Source: Betaproteobacteria bacterium
Lineage (GTDB): Bacteria > Acidobacteriota > Vicinamibacteria > Vicinamibacterales > CAVVIG01
NCBI GenBank assembly: GCA_050257855.1
Contig: JBLMXQ010000093.1
Span: 4,796 to 68,795 of the forward strand
Length of the DNA: 64,000 bases
Direction of reading: 5' to 3'
Below the pieces are notes generated by a model. That model had not been told where the DNA came from. It worked only from the letters and a program-made list of their open reading frames with translations, and searched no databases. Positions 8,962 through 19,236 of the stretch are shown piece by piece. The translations under genes and the position numbers were made by a program. The number at the start of each line of letters is the position of its first letter. The first letter of the stretch is position 1.

Positions 8962-9951
8962 GTGTCCCGCAACGCCGAGGTCATCCGCCAGTGGTCCATC
9001 CTCCGTGACATCGAACAGGCCCGCGCGGCTGGCGTGACCATCGACGATCTCGCCGAGCGCTGCGGCGTGACAACGCGCACGATCCGGCGCGATCTGCAGG
9101 CACTCGAGGCGGCCGGATTCCCGCTCTACGACGATCGCTCGCGCGACGACGGCCGGACGCGCTGGCTGATCAACGGGCAGGCCTTCAAGGGACTGGCGGC
9201 GGGGCTGACGCTGTCGGAGCTGTGCGCGCTGTACTTCAGCCGCACGCTGCTCGAGTCGCTCTCGGGCACGCCGTTTCGAGACGATGTCGAGCGCGCGTTC
9301 GAAAAGCTCGCCTCCGCGCTCACGCCGCACATGCGGCAGTTCCTCGACCAGCTCCCGCGCGTGATTGCCACGAAGGCGGATCCGGCGGCCGGCCGGGAAG
9401 ATCCGCGTCGGCAGCAGATCGTCGCCCGTGCCCTCGAGGCGACCCTCAGCCTGCGGCAGGCAGCTCTCACGTATCACTCGAAGTCCAGCGAGCGGACCAA
9501 GAGCTATCTCGTGCACCCGTACCGCCTCGCCTGGGCGCAGGGCGCGCTGTACCTGCTCGCGTACGTCCCCGAGTACCACGAGGTCCGCACGTTCGCGATC
9601 GATCGCGTTCAGGAGATCTCGCTGCTCGAGGAGCGGTTCGCGCCGATCGAGGAACTGCCCGACGCGGCGTTTCCTCATTCGCTCGGCGTCCATTCGGGGC
9701 CGCCCGAACGCGTCGAGCTGGAATTCCAGCCGACGGTCGCCGACTACGTCGCCGCGCGACGGTGGCACCCGTCACAGCAGGTGCGCGAGACCGAAGGCGG
9801 CCGCCTGACGATGACGCTCGACGTCTGCCTGGACCGGGCGCTCCAGAGCTGGATCCTCAGCTTCGGCCCCTTCGTCCGCGTCGTCGCGCCAGAACGGCTG
9901 GCGCGCGACATCGCCCGGCAGATCGAAGACGCGCGCGCGCAGTACCAGTGA
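8962..9951 (+). CDS. HTH + WYL domain transcriptional regulator (YafY/PafBC-like architecture)
   Basis: ORF 329 aa. N-terminal HTH (TIDDLAERCGVTTRTIRRDLQALEAAGFPL), central WYL region (YLVHPYRLAWAQGALYLLAYVPEYHEVRTFAIDRV) and a C-terminal WCX-like extension. Confidence 0.85.
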   Translation: MSRNAEVIRQWSILRDIEQARAAGVTIDDLAERCGVTTRTIRRDLQALEAAGFPLYDDRSRDDGRTRWLINGQAFKGLAAGLTLSELCALYFSRTLLESLSGTPFRDDVERAFEKLASALTPHMRQFLDQLPRVIATKADPAAGREDPRRQQIVARALEATLSLRQAALTYHSKSSERTKSYLVHPYRLAWAQGALYLLAYVPEYHEVRTFAIDRVQEISLLEERFAPIEELPDAAFPHSLGVHSGPPERVELEFQPTVADYVAARRWHPSQQVRETEGGRLTMTLDVCLDRALQSWILSFGPFVRVVAPERLARDIARQIEDARAQYQ

Positions 9952-9976
9952 GGGGAGCGGAGACGCATGCTCGAGA

Positions 9977-10003
9977 GGTTCACTCAGTTCGCGGGGTTCA
10001 CGC
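9977..10003 (+). repeat. 3 tandem 9-mers GGTTCACTC AGTTCGCGG GGTTCACGC
   Basis: Read directly from the sequence. It lies in the gap between the WYL regulator stop and the HAD hydrolase start. Confidence 0.7.
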
Positions 10004-10055
10004 GCACGGCTCGCCCCGCCTGGTCCGCCTGCCGCACGCGCTCCACCCGCCCACT

Positions 10056-10898
10056 GTGAGCATCCGCCTCCTCGCCATCGACATCGATGGCACCCTGCTC
10101 GACAGCCGCGGCCATGTGCCCGACGCGCACCGCGACGCGCTCGCCCGCGCGTCGGCGCTGGGCGTCGACGTCCTGCTCGTGACGGGCCGCTCCTTCCTGT
10201 TCTCGCGCCCGATCGCCGATGCGCTCGCGATCCCGGTGACGCTCGTCGTCAACAACGGCGCGCTCGTGAAGGACCGCGAGGGCACGACGCTCGATCGACA
10301 TCTTCTGCCGCGCGAGGTGGCGAGGGACGTCCTGGAGCACACGCGGGCGTACGAGGACAGCGTGGCCGTCGTGTTCGACCGGCCCGACGAGCGTCACGTC
10401 GTGTTCGAGCGGATGGACTGGACGCACCCGAAGCGGCGCGCGTACTACGAGAAGAACAAGGCGCACGCGTCGGCCGCGCCGTCGCTCGCCGCCGCGCTGA
10501 CCGAGGACCCGGTGCAGGTGATGTTCAACGGCCACCTGGCCCCGATGCGCGCGCTGACGGCCTCGCTGCGCGCGCATCCGCAGACGGAACGGTTCTCGGT
10601 GTCGGTCACCGAGTACGAGGCGCGCGACTTCGCGATGGTCGACGTCAACGGCGCCGGCTGCTCGAAGGGCGCCACGCTCGCCCGCTGGATCGCTGCGCGC
10701 GGCCTGACGCGCGACGAGGTGCTGGCGGCCGGCGACAACCTGAACGACGTGGAGATGCTCGCCCTCGCCGGCACCGCGGTGGTGATGGGCAACGCCAGCG
10801 CCGCCGTGCGCGAGCAGCTGGCAACGGCGCACGTCACCGGAACGAACGATGAAGGCGGGCTCGCGGCCGCGATCGTCCGTTTCGTACTGACGAATTAG
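10056..10898 (+). CDS. Cof-type HAD-IIB family hydrolase (sugar-phosphatase-like)
   Basis: Only the C-terminal part of ORF 9222..10898 is protein-like. From in-frame GTG 10056 it reads SIRLLAIDIDGTLLDS (DxDGT motif I), LVTGRS and GDNLNDVEML (motif IV). Confidence 0.8.
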   Translation: MSIRLLAIDIDGTLLDSRGHVPDAHRDALARASALGVDVLLVTGRSFLFSRPIADALAIPVTLVVNNGALVKDREGTTLDRHLLPREVARDVLEHTRAYEDSVAVVFDRPDERHVVFERMDWTHPKRRAYYEKNKAHASAAPSLAAALTEDPVQVMFNGHLAPMRALTASLRAHPQTERFSVSVTEYEARDFAMVDVNGAGCSKGATLARWIAARGLTRDEVLAAGDNLNDVEMLALAGTAVVMGNASAAVREQLATAHVTGTNDEGGLAAAIVRFVLTN

Positions 10899-10920
10899 CT
10901 GTCGGCTCTTTCGTGCCCGG

Positions 10921-11415
10921 CTATCGGCGTGCGGGAGGCCGTGGGCGCTCTCCGCCCGTGTCGTAGATCGCTCTCCATCGGCCGTCCGCGCCTTTCCGCC
11001 AGACCGTGAGGTACTCTCCGTGCGCGACTTTCTCACGGGCGTCCGCGCCGCGGACGCGACGCTCCCAGGTCCCGACCGTGTAGCCCACGTCGCCGCTGAC
11101 GAGCACCTCTGCATGATCGGGCTTCCAGGTCAGCGACGGTCCGTCGGGTGCGAAGAAGGGCGACCAGGCCTTCGCGACCTGTTCGGGTCCGTGCTGCTCT
11201 CCCTCCATCCCGCCTGCGAAGACCGCGCGCTCGTCGACGAACGTCAGGAACCGCGCCAGGTCGCGATCGCTCGAAGCCTGGCTGAATGCCGTGTCGGCGG
11301 CGACGATCGCAGCGCGGGCCGCCTCGCGCTCGGAGGACTGGGCGGCCGGCAGCGCGACGGCCGCTGCCATCAGGATCACGCTGGTCGTCGCGCCTATCCA
11401 TCGGATGTCGACCAT
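10921..11415 (-). CDS. SnoaL-like / DUF4440 (NTF2-fold) protein with signal peptide
   Basis: ORF 164 aa. AAIVAADTAFSQASSDRDLARFLTFVDERAVF...YLTVWRKGADGRWRAIYD is typical of DUF4440/YybH-like proteins. Confidence 0.6.
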   Translation of the reverse strand: MVDIRWIGATTSVILMAAAVALPAAQSSEREAARAAIVAADTAFSQASSDRDLARFLTFVDERAVFAGGMEGEQHGPEQVAKAWSPFFAPDGPSLTWKPDHAEVLVSGDVGYTVGTWERRVRGADAREKVAHGEYLTVWRKGADGRWRAIYDTGGERPRPPARR

Positions 11416-11473
11416 GCTCCAACTCCAGATCGGCTGCGTTGTCCGACCGGCGGAGATGCCGCCCCGCCTGACT

Positions 11474-13942
11474 CTATTCGTATCTGAGCGCGACCATTGG
11501 ATCGATGTGCGTCGCGCGGCGTGCCGGGATGTAGCTGGCGCCGACGGCCGCCAGCGTGAGGAGCGTGGGCACGGCGACGAACGTGACGACGTCGGTCGCG
11601 CTCACTCCGTAGAGCAGGGTCGTGATGACGCGCGCGGCCGCGGCCGAGAGCAGGAGGCCGACGGCGACACCGATCACCGTCAAACGAAACCCCTGTCCGA
11701 CCACCAGCCAAAGGACGTCCCCGCGGCTGGCGCCGAGCGCCATGCGGATGCCGAGTTCGCGCCGCCGCTGGCTGACCGAGTACGCCATCACGCCGTAGAT
11801 GCCCACGATCGCGAGCACGAGCGACAGCCCGGCGAAGATCGCCAGCAGCGTCGCGCCCATCTTCGGCGCCCACAGCGACTGATCGAAGATGTCGGTCAGC
11901 GTGAACACGTTGGTGATCGGCAGGTTGCGATCCGCCTGCTGCACTTCGCTGCGCACCGTTCCGAGCACCGCGACCGGGTTCGTGCTCTTGACGAAGAGCG
12001 AGATCTGCGGCTGGTAGACCTGGGTCAGCGGCTGATACACGTACGGCGTCGGCCCCTCGCCGATGAAGTTGTACTTGCTGTCCCGCGCGATGCCGATCAC
12101 CTCGGTGAAGTAGTCCTGCCCGAAAAACTTGAACCGCTTGCCGATGGGGTCCTGATCGGGCCAGAACTGCTTCGCCATCGCCTGGTTGACGATGCAGACG
12201 GCCGGCGTGCCGGGCTGGTCGGACTCGGCGAAATCGCGGCCGCGCATCAGCGGGATACCCACCGTCTGCAGGTAGCGGTCGCCGACGATGTCCACCTGGA
12301 CGAGCCGTCCCGCCCGCGGGTCCGAGGCATCCTGTCCCTCGAGGAACACCGTGCGGCCGAATCCGCCGTTGAACAGCGGGATGCCGCCGGCGACCGTGGC
12401 CGCCTGGACGCCGGGCGTCGCCGCCGCGCGCGCGACCATGTCGCGCTCGAACTGACGCCCGCGTTCTTCGCTGTAGCCCTGCGCGCCGAGATCGACCGTC
12501 AGCACCGCGAGGTGCGTCGAGTCGAAGCCGGGATCGATCCGCTGCGCGTTCTGGAGGCTCCTGAGAAACAGGCCGGCGCCGACGAGCGCGACGAGCGAGA
12601 GCGTGACCTGCGCCGTGACCAGCAGGTTGCGCAGGCTGAAGATGCGGCCCGAGCCGGTCGGCACGCTCGTGCGGTCCTTCAACTCGACGACCAGATCCGG
12701 ACGCGACGCCTGGATCGCGGGCACGAGGGCGAACAGGATGCCCGTCGCCACCGACACGGCAATCGTGAAGGCGAGCACGCGCACATCGGGGTGCAGGTCG
12801 AGCGCGTCGGCCGGCAGGAACGGCGGACGGAACGACCAGAGCAGGCCCTGCGCCCAATACGCGAGCAGCAGGCCGAACGCTCCGCCGATGAGCGCGAGCA
12901 GCGTACCTTCGGTCAGCAGCTGGCGGACGAGACGGCCGCGGCTCGCGCCGAGGGACAGCCGGACGGCAATCTCCTTCTGCCGCGCCGCCGCCCGCGCCAG
13001 CAACAGGTTGGCGACGTTCGCACAGGCGATCAACAGCACGAGGCCGACGATCGTCATGAGCAGGCCGCCGGCCATGACGATGTTGCTGCGGAACCCGGGG
13101 TTGACCGTCGCCTGCGACAGCGGCATCAGGGTGATGCTCCGCCCGCGATTGTCGTCCGGGTACGCGCGCTCGAGCTGCGAGGCAATCGTCCTGAGATTCG
13201 CGTCCGCCTGCGCCAGCGACACGCCAGGCTTGAGGCGGCCGGTCAGGTCGAACACCAGCGCGCGCCGGGAATCGACCGCCTCCCGCATGAATCCGCTCGT
13301 CGTGACCGGGTAGGTCATGTAGGGAACCCACAGCGCGGGCGCGCCGATCGCGTTCGTCCCCTTGAAGCCTTTCGGCATCACCCCGATGACCGTGAAGGCG
13401 TTGCCGTCGACCGTGATGGTCTTCCCGACGATGGACGGGTCGCCGCCGAACCGTTTCTGCCATTCGCCGTACCCGAGCACGGTCACCAGGGCCGCCCCCG
13501 GCGTGCGGTCCTCATCGGGCAGGAATCCGCGCCCGATGAGCGGCTTGGCGCCCAGGACGTCGAAGTAGTTGCCGCTCACGATCTCGCCGAACACCTGCTG
13601 GGGCTCGCCCTTGCCGCCGGAGATGTTGACGGCCAGGAACTGGTGCGCCGTCAGCCCCGAGAAGACCTCGTTCCGGTCGCGGTAATCGTGGTAGTTGAGC
13701 GGGGACGTCTGGAGGAAGTTGGCGAAGCCGCCGCGGTTCCGCGAATCGGTTGTGTACACCGCCATCAGCGCCGAAGGGTCCTTGACGGGCAGCGGATTCA
13801 GCAGCACGGCGTTGATCAGCGTGAAGATGGTCGTGTTCGCGCCGATCCCGAGAGCCAGCGAGAGGGCGGCCACCAGAGTGAAGCCGGGCGACTTGACCAG
13901 CATCCGAACGCCGTACCGCAGATCCTGCAGAAAGGTAGACAT
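11474..13942 (-). CDS. ADOP-family duplicated MacB-like ABC permease (two FtsX domains)
   Basis: ORF 822 aa. The hallmark N-terminus MSTFLQDLRYGVRMLVKSPGFTLVAALSLALGIGANTTIF and the two MacB-periplasmic/FtsX halves are present. No cognate ATPase is adjacent, as is usual for this family. Confidence 0.9.
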   Translation of the reverse strand: MSTFLQDLRYGVRMLVKSPGFTLVAALSLALGIGANTTIFTLINAVLLNPLPVKDPSALMAVYTTDSRNRGGFANFLQTSPLNYHDYRDRNEVFSGLTAHQFLAVNISGGKGEPQQVFGEIVSGNYFDVLGAKPLIGRGFLPDEDRTPGAALVTVLGYGEWQKRFGGDPSIVGKTITVDGNAFTVIGVMPKGFKGTNAIGAPALWVPYMTYPVTTSGFMREAVDSRRALVFDLTGRLKPGVSLAQADANLRTIASQLERAYPDDNRGRSITLMPLSQATVNPGFRSNIVMAGGLLMTIVGLVLLIACANVANLLLARAAARQKEIAVRLSLGASRGRLVRQLLTEGTLLALIGGAFGLLLAYWAQGLLWSFRPPFLPADALDLHPDVRVLAFTIAVSVATGILFALVPAIQASRPDLVVELKDRTSVPTGSGRIFSLRNLLVTAQVTLSLVALVGAGLFLRSLQNAQRIDPGFDSTHLAVLTVDLGAQGYSEERGRQFERDMVARAAATPGVQAATVAGGIPLFNGGFGRTVFLEGQDASDPRAGRLVQVDIVGDRYLQTVGIPLMRGRDFAESDQPGTPAVCIVNQAMAKQFWPDQDPIGKRFKFFGQDYFTEVIGIARDSKYNFIGEGPTPYVYQPLTQVYQPQISLFVKSTNPVAVLGTVRSEVQQADRNLPITNVFTLTDIFDQSLWAPKMGATLLAIFAGLSLVLAIVGIYGVMAYSVSQRRRELGIRMALGASRGDVLWLVVGQGFRLTVIGVAVGLLLSAAAARVITTLLYGVSATDVVTFVAVPTLLTLAAVGASYIPARRATHIDPMVALRYE

Positions 13943-14045
13943 AGAACGCCCAATCGGCCGAAGCCTCGCGGTGTGTTAGACGCCGGGGGCGCCGGATAAG
14001 TTCGCCCTCCCCATTTGTGGGGCGGGCCCACGCGCCCGACACGCT

Positions 14046-15902
14046 ATGATCGGGACCGTGGCTCCGGAACTCAAGAAGAAGAAAGCCTTGACCGCCGGCG
14101 CGCTCGAAGAGGCGCGCGCGCTGGTCTGGAAGCACCGCAGGCGCCTCTCGGTCGGGCTGGCCCTGATGGTGGTCAGCCGCCTCTCGGACCTGGTCCTGCC
14201 GACGACGACCAAGTACCTGATGGACGACGTCATCAGCAAGGGACACTGGGAGTTGCTGCCCAGGCTGGCGCTCGCGGCCGGCGCGGCCTCCCTCGTGAGC
14301 GCGGCGACCACGTTCCTCAACTCGCAGGTGCTCGGTGTCGCCGCGCAGCGCGCCATCACCGAGATGCGCAAGAACGTGGAGGCGCATGTCATGCGCCTCC
14401 CGATCCGCTACTTCGATTCGACGAAGAGCGGCATCCTCATCTCGCGCATCATGACCGACGCCGAGGGTATCCGGAACCTGGTCGGCACGGGCCTGGTCCA
14501 GCTGACCGGCTCCATCCTGACGGCCGGCCTCGCTCTCTGCGTGCTCCTCTACCTGAACTGGCGCCTGACGACGGTGACGATCATCATCCTCTCCGTGTTC
14601 GGCGTCGGGATGGCGACGGCGTTCAAGCGGCTCCGGCCGCTCTTCCGGGAGCGCGGCCAGATCAACGCCGAGGTGACCGGCCGGCTCGCCGAGACGCTCG
14701 GCGGCGTGCGGATCGTGAAGTCCTACACCGCGGAGAAACGCGAAGAGCTGGTGTTCGCGAAGGGGGCGCACCGCCTCTTCCGGAACGTCGCCAGGTCGCT
14801 CACCGGCGTCTCGGCCGTCAGCGCGTTCTCCTCCCTCGTGGTCGGCGCGACCGGCATCGCGATGATGCTCATCGGGGGCAACTCGATCCGCAACGGCTCG
14901 ATGACGGTCGGCGACCTCGTCATGTACCTGTCGTTCACCGCCATGATGACGATGCCGGTGATCCAGCTCGCGTCGATCGGCACGCAGCTGAGCGAGGCGT
15001 TCGCCGGTCTCGATCGGATCCGCGAAATCCGGCGCATGGCCACCGAGGACGACGAGGACGTCTCGCGCATCGCGCTCCCGGACGTGCGCGGCGAGGTCGA
15101 GTTCGACGACGTCACGTTCGAGTACAACCCGGGCGTGCCGGTGCTGCGGCGCGTGTCGTTCCGTGCGCCCGCGGGGTCGACGACCGCGCTGGTCGGCTCC
15201 AGCGGCTCCGGCAAGAGCACGCTGATCAGCCTGGTGATGGCGTTCAACCGTCCGCTGTCGGGCCGCGTGCTGGTCGACGGCCAGGACCTGGCGCAGGTGA
15301 AGCTGCGCGACTACCGGGGCAACCTGGGCGTCGTGCTCCAGGACAACTTCCTCTTCGACGGCACCATCGCGCAGAACATCGCGTACGCCAGGCCGCACGC
15401 GTCGCTCGAAGCCATCAAGGCGGTCAGCCGCATCGCGCACTGCGACGAGTTCATCGAGTCGTTCGAGCAGCAGTACGACACCATCGTCGGGGAGCGCGGC
15501 GTGCGGCTGTCGGGCGGCCAGCGTCAGCGCGTCGCCATCGCGCGCGCGATCCTCGCCGACCCGCGGATCCTCATCCTCGACGAGGCCACGTCGAGCCTCG
15601 ACAGCGAGAGCGAGGCCTTGATCCAGGACGGGCTGCGCTCGCTGCGTCGGGGGCGGACGACGTTCGTGATCGCGCACCGCCTGTCGACGATTCGCAGCGC
15701 GGACCAGATTCTGGTGCTCGAAGCGGGCGAGATCGTCGAGCGCGGGACGCACGAGGAGCTGATCGCGCAGAACGGCCGGTACCGTCAGCTCTACGACAAG
15801 CAGTACAACTTCGAAAAGGATCGGTTCATCAACCCTGGCGAGGATTTCACGCCGGAGCCGGAAGCCGCGGCGCCGGTCGCGCGGACGAGCACGGCGCTCT
15901 GA
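14046..15902 (+). CDS. ABC exporter, fused transmembrane + ATP-binding domains (MsbA/multidrug type)
   Basis: ORF 618 aa with Walker A GSSGSGKST, signature LSGGQRQR and Walker B ILILDEATS. An alternative in-frame GTG start lies at 14058, 7 nt after a TATGAT hexamer. Confidence 0.9.
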   Translation: MIGTVAPELKKKKALTAGALEEARALVWKHRRRLSVGLALMVVSRLSDLVLPTTTKYLMDDVISKGHWELLPRLALAAGAASLVSAATTFLNSQVLGVAAQRAITEMRKNVEAHVMRLPIRYFDSTKSGILISRIMTDAEGIRNLVGTGLVQLTGSILTAGLALCVLLYLNWRLTTVTIIILSVFGVGMATAFKRLRPLFRERGQINAEVTGRLAETLGGVRIVKSYTAEKREELVFAKGAHRLFRNVARSLTGVSAVSAFSSLVVGATGIAMMLIGGNSIRNGSMTVGDLVMYLSFTAMMTMPVIQLASIGTQLSEAFAGLDRIREIRRMATEDDEDVSRIALPDVRGEVEFDDVTFEYNPGVPVLRRVSFRAPAGSTTALVGSSGSGKSTLISLVMAFNRPLSGRVLVDGQDLAQVKLRDYRGNLGVVLQDNFLFDGTIAQNIAYARPHASLEAIKAVSRIAHCDEFIESFEQQYDTIVGERGVRLSGGQRQRVAIARAILADPRILILDEATSSLDSESEALIQDGLRSLRRGRTTFVIAHRLSTIRSADQILVLEAGEIVERGTHEELIAQNGRYRQLYDKQYNFEKDRFINPGEDFTPEPEAAAPVARTSTAL

Positions 15903-15907
15903 CAACG

Positions 15908-15948
15908 ACAGCTGTCGGCGTTCGGCCCTCGGCCCTGAGCCCTAGCTC
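15908..15948 (+). repeat. 7-mer array ACAGCT-GTCGGCG-TTCGGCC-CTCGGCC-CTGAGCC-CTAGCTC
   Basis: Read directly from the sequence. It lies between the convergent ABC exporter and BNR gene ends. Confidence 0.7.
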
Positions 15949-18900
15949 TCCTTGATCACAATCCTGGGCACGCCGGCATCGTTCAGCTGCTTCTCGATCC
16001 CGGGAATCGTCGTCTTCGTCAGCGTATCGAACGCGGCGCTCTGCTTGTCGTACTCCTTCAGCAGATCGGCGAGCTCCGCGCGCTCGGTGGCGGTCGGCTG
16101 AAACGGCGATCCGCTGATCTGGCTGAACAGCTGCAGCGTGGTCCGATTGAGCTTCGCCGCGGCCGTCTTGACGTCGTCGGCGGCCTTGACCGCCGCATCG
16201 AGCGCGCGCGTCGCGTCGGCCGGCACCTTCGGCACCGCCGCCACCGATTTCGCGAGCGCGTGAAGCTGGTCGCTCGCCGACTCCGCGCGCGCCGAGAGCG
16301 GCTCGGTCTTCGCCTGCAGTCCGAGCACGTCGTCGACGACCTTTCGCCGATCGGTCCGCTGTTCCACGGTCATCGCAACGTCCGGGTCCGGCTCGACGGT
16401 GATCGGAGTCGTCAACTCGCGACCGCCGACCGTCAACCGCGCGGTGAACGCACCCGGATCGACGAGATCCCCCTGCGGCGCGCGCCCGAACGGTCCGGCG
16501 GCCGCTGCGGCGGCACCACCCGCCGCGGCGCCCGGCCTGGGCGTCTGAGCGGGCGCCTTCCCGCGCAGGTCCCACTGGACGCGGTTGATGCCTTTCTCCT
16601 TCGTCGCCGTGAGCTCGCGGACCATCGATCCGTTCGCGTCCAGGACCGCCAGCTTCACGTCGCCGTCCGGCGCGCTCTTCAGGTAATAGCTGATCGTCAC
16701 GCCCGCCGGCGGGTTGTCGGCGATGAACCGCTTCTGGGCCAGGAACTCGTCGGTGGTGAACACGCGATAATCGAACGCGATCCCCGGCTTGACGGTGAAC
16801 AGGTGCGCGTCACTCGCCAGCACCTGCGGCGTCAGTTCCTGGAGCGGCGAGATGTCCATCACGTAGAAGCTGCGCCCGTGCGTCGCCGCGACGAGGTCGT
16901 CGTCTCGAGGGTGCACGATGAGGTCGGCCACGGGCACGGTCGGCATCCCGTTCATCAGCCTGATCCAGTGCGCGCCCGCGTCGAGCGATGCGTATGCAGC
17001 GGTCTCCGTCCCGGCGAACCACAGGTGCGGGTTCCTGACGTCCTCGCGGATCACCCGGACCGGCGCCCCCGCCGGCAGGTCGCCGGCGATCGACGTCCAG
17101 GTCGCGCCGTAGTCGGTCGTCTTGAACAGATGCACGGCGAAATCGTCGTCTCGGTGACCATCGAATGCGACGTATGCGGTTCCGGCGTCGTACCGCGACG
17201 CGACGACGCGGCTCACCCAGCGGCGGCCGGGCATCCCGGGAAACCTCGCGGGGAGGTTCGTCCATTTCGCCCCGCCGTCCCGCGTCGCGAACACGTTGCC
17301 GTCGTCGGTGCCGGCATACAGGACCGACGCGTCCTTCGGCGACTCCGAAAGGACCGTGATCGTGCCCTGCTTCGCCGTGGGCAGCTCGGGGCTGATGATC
17401 GTCCACGAGTCGCCGCGATCGCCCGATCTGAAGACGTAGTTGCCGCCGACGTACAACGTCCGGGGATCGTGAGACGAGATGAGGATCGGCGTCTCCCAGT
17501 TGAAGCGGTACGGCGGCTTGTCGTAAGGCGCCACCGGCTTGATGGACGTGTTGCGGCCGCTCTTCAGATCGTGCCGCACGAGGCCGCCGTTCTGCGATTC
17601 GGCGTAGACGATCGTGTAGTCGGTCGGGTCGACCCGCACCTGGAAGCCGTCGCCCGTCTGCACCTTGTACCAGTCGGACACCTGAATGCCGACGCTCTTG
17701 CGCGTGGCGCTCGGGCCGCCCCACGAGCAGTAGTCCTGCACGCCGCCGTAGATGTAGTACGGCTGGCGCATGTCGACGTCCACCGAGTAGAGCTGGCTGA
17801 CGGCCATCTGATTCTGGAAGTCCCAGGACCTGCCGCCGTCCCACGTCATGTAGACGCCGCCGTCGTTGCCGTTGATCATGTGCCGCGGGTTGCGCGGGTC
17901 GATCCAGAGCGCGTGGTGATCGACGTGGATGTTCCAGGGCTGGTTGTGGAACGTGCGGCCGCCGTCGAGCGATTCCGCGATCGGGCTGCCGAGCACGTAG
18001 ACGTGGTTCGCGTCGGCGGGATCGACGCGGATCTGGCTGTGGTAGAACGGCCGCGGGTCGATCGCATTCACCCAGGTCCACGTCTCGCCGCGGTCCTCCG
18101 ATCGGAACACGCCGCCGTCCTTCATGGTCCGGCGTCCTTCGGGCGCGGTGCGTACGGGGCCGGCCTCGGACTCCCGCGGTACGGTCGTCGGTGTCTGCAC
18201 GATGGCGTACACGACCGACGGATCGCTGGCCGACACATCGACGCCGATGCGGCCGAGCAGCCCTTCCGGCAGGCCCCTGGTCAGCCTGCGCCACGTGCGG
18301 CCGGCGTCGGTCGTCTTGTAGAGGCCGCTTCCCGGGCCCCAGCCTTTCTCGGGGTCGCCGCCGGCGAAGCGGTCGCGCCGGACTTCGTACGCGGCCGCGT
18401 ACAACGTGTTGCTGTCGCCCGGATCCATCGCCAGATCGACGACGCCCGTGTCGTCGTTGACGAAGAGGCTCGACGTCCAGGTCCGGCCGCCGTCGGTCGT
18501 CTTGTACACGCCGCGGTCCCTGCCCGGCCCCCAGATGTGGCCGAGCGCCGCGACGTAGACGACGTCCGGGTTGCGCGGGTCGACGAGGACGCGGCCAATG
18601 TGCCGGGTGTTCGCGAGGCCGAGGTTCGTCCAGGTGCGTCCGGCGTCGGTGGTCTTGTAGACGCCGTCGCCCCACGAGACGCTGTTCCGCGGATTCACCT
18701 CGCCGGTGCCGACCCAGACGGTGTCGGGATTGGCCGGGTCGACGGCGAGGTCGCCGATCGAGCTGACCCCTTCGTGATCGAAGATCGGCTCCCAGGCGGT
18801 CCCTTCGCTGCTGCTCTTCCAGACGCCGCCGGTCGCGAACGCGACATAGATGCGCTGCGGGCCGGTGCCCGCGACCGCCACGTCGGTGACGCGGCCGCCG

Positions 18901-19028
18901 GCGCCCGCCGGACCGACGGAGCGCCACGCGAAATGCGCGAGGAGCGACTCGTCGAACGACTGCGCGCGGAGGACGGGAGCGATCGCGCAGACACACGCGA
19001 CCGCACAGAGCCGGAAAACGAGACGCAT
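15942..19028 (-). CDS. secreted BNR/Asp-box repeat protein (sortilin/VPS10-like double beta-propeller)
   Basis: ORF 1028 aa with a signal peptide. About ten SxDxGxTW Asp-boxes are present: TTDAGRTW, TTDGGRTW, SEDRGETW, SLDGGRTF, WDGGRSW, SGDRGDSW, TRDGGAKW, TTDYGATW, SLDAGAHW. Confidence 0.85.
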   Translation of the reverse strand: MRLVFRLCAVACVCAIAPVLRAQSFDESLLAHFAWRSVGPAGAGGRVTDVAVAGTGPQRIYVAFATGGVWKSSSEGTAWEPIFDHEGVSSIGDLAVDPANPDTVWVGTGEVNPRNSVSWGDGVYKTTDAGRTWTNLGLANTRHIGRVLVDPRNPDVVYVAALGHIWGPGRDRGVYKTTDGGRTWTSSLFVNDDTGVVDLAMDPGDSNTLYAAAYEVRRDRFAGGDPEKGWGPGSGLYKTTDAGRTWRRLTRGLPEGLLGRIGVDVSASDPSVVYAIVQTPTTVPRESEAGPVRTAPEGRRTMKDGGVFRSEDRGETWTWVNAIDPRPFYHSQIRVDPADANHVYVLGSPIAESLDGGRTFHNQPWNIHVDHHALWIDPRNPRHMINGNDGGVYMTWDGGRSWDFQNQMAVSQLYSVDVDMRQPYYIYGGVQDYCSWGGPSATRKSVGIQVSDWYKVQTGDGFQVRVDPTDYTIVYAESQNGGLVRHDLKSGRNTSIKPVAPYDKPPYRFNWETPILISSHDPRTLYVGGNYVFRSGDRGDSWTIISPELPTAKQGTITVLSESPKDASVLYAGTDDGNVFATRDGGAKWTNLPARFPGMPGRRWVSRVVASRYDAGTAYVAFDGHRDDDFAVHLFKTTDYGATWTSIAGDLPAGAPVRVIREDVRNPHLWFAGTETAAYASLDAGAHWIRLMNGMPTVPVADLIVHPRDDDLVAATHGRSFYVMDISPLQELTPQVLASDAHLFTVKPGIAFDYRVFTTDEFLAQKRFIADNPPAGVTISYYLKSAPDGDVKLAVLDANGSMVRELTATKEKGINRVQWDLRGKAPAQTPRPGAAAGGAAAAAAGPFGRAPQGDLVDPGAFTARLTVGGRELTTPITVEPDPDVAMTVEQRTDRRKVVDDVLGLQAKTEPLSARAESASDQLHALAKSVAAVPKVPADATRALDAAVKAADDVKTAAAKLNRTTLQLFSQISGSPFQPTATERAELADLLKEYDKQSAAFDTLTKTTIPGIEKQLNDAGVPRIVIKES

Positions 19029-19236
19029 AGGCGCGCCATTATACAGGCGCGCCCGATCGTCATCGGCCGGGGCCCGTCGGCGGCGGCGATCAGATTCACC
19101 GGGGGATCGCCGGCGCGATCTGGTGAGTGCCCTGCCTCAGCGGCGCTGATGCTCGCAGGGCAATCCGCGGACGAGACCCGTCGGCCGGGCTGCACTGCCG
19201 GTCACGTGACGAGCTGCGACGCGGTAGACTAGGGCA

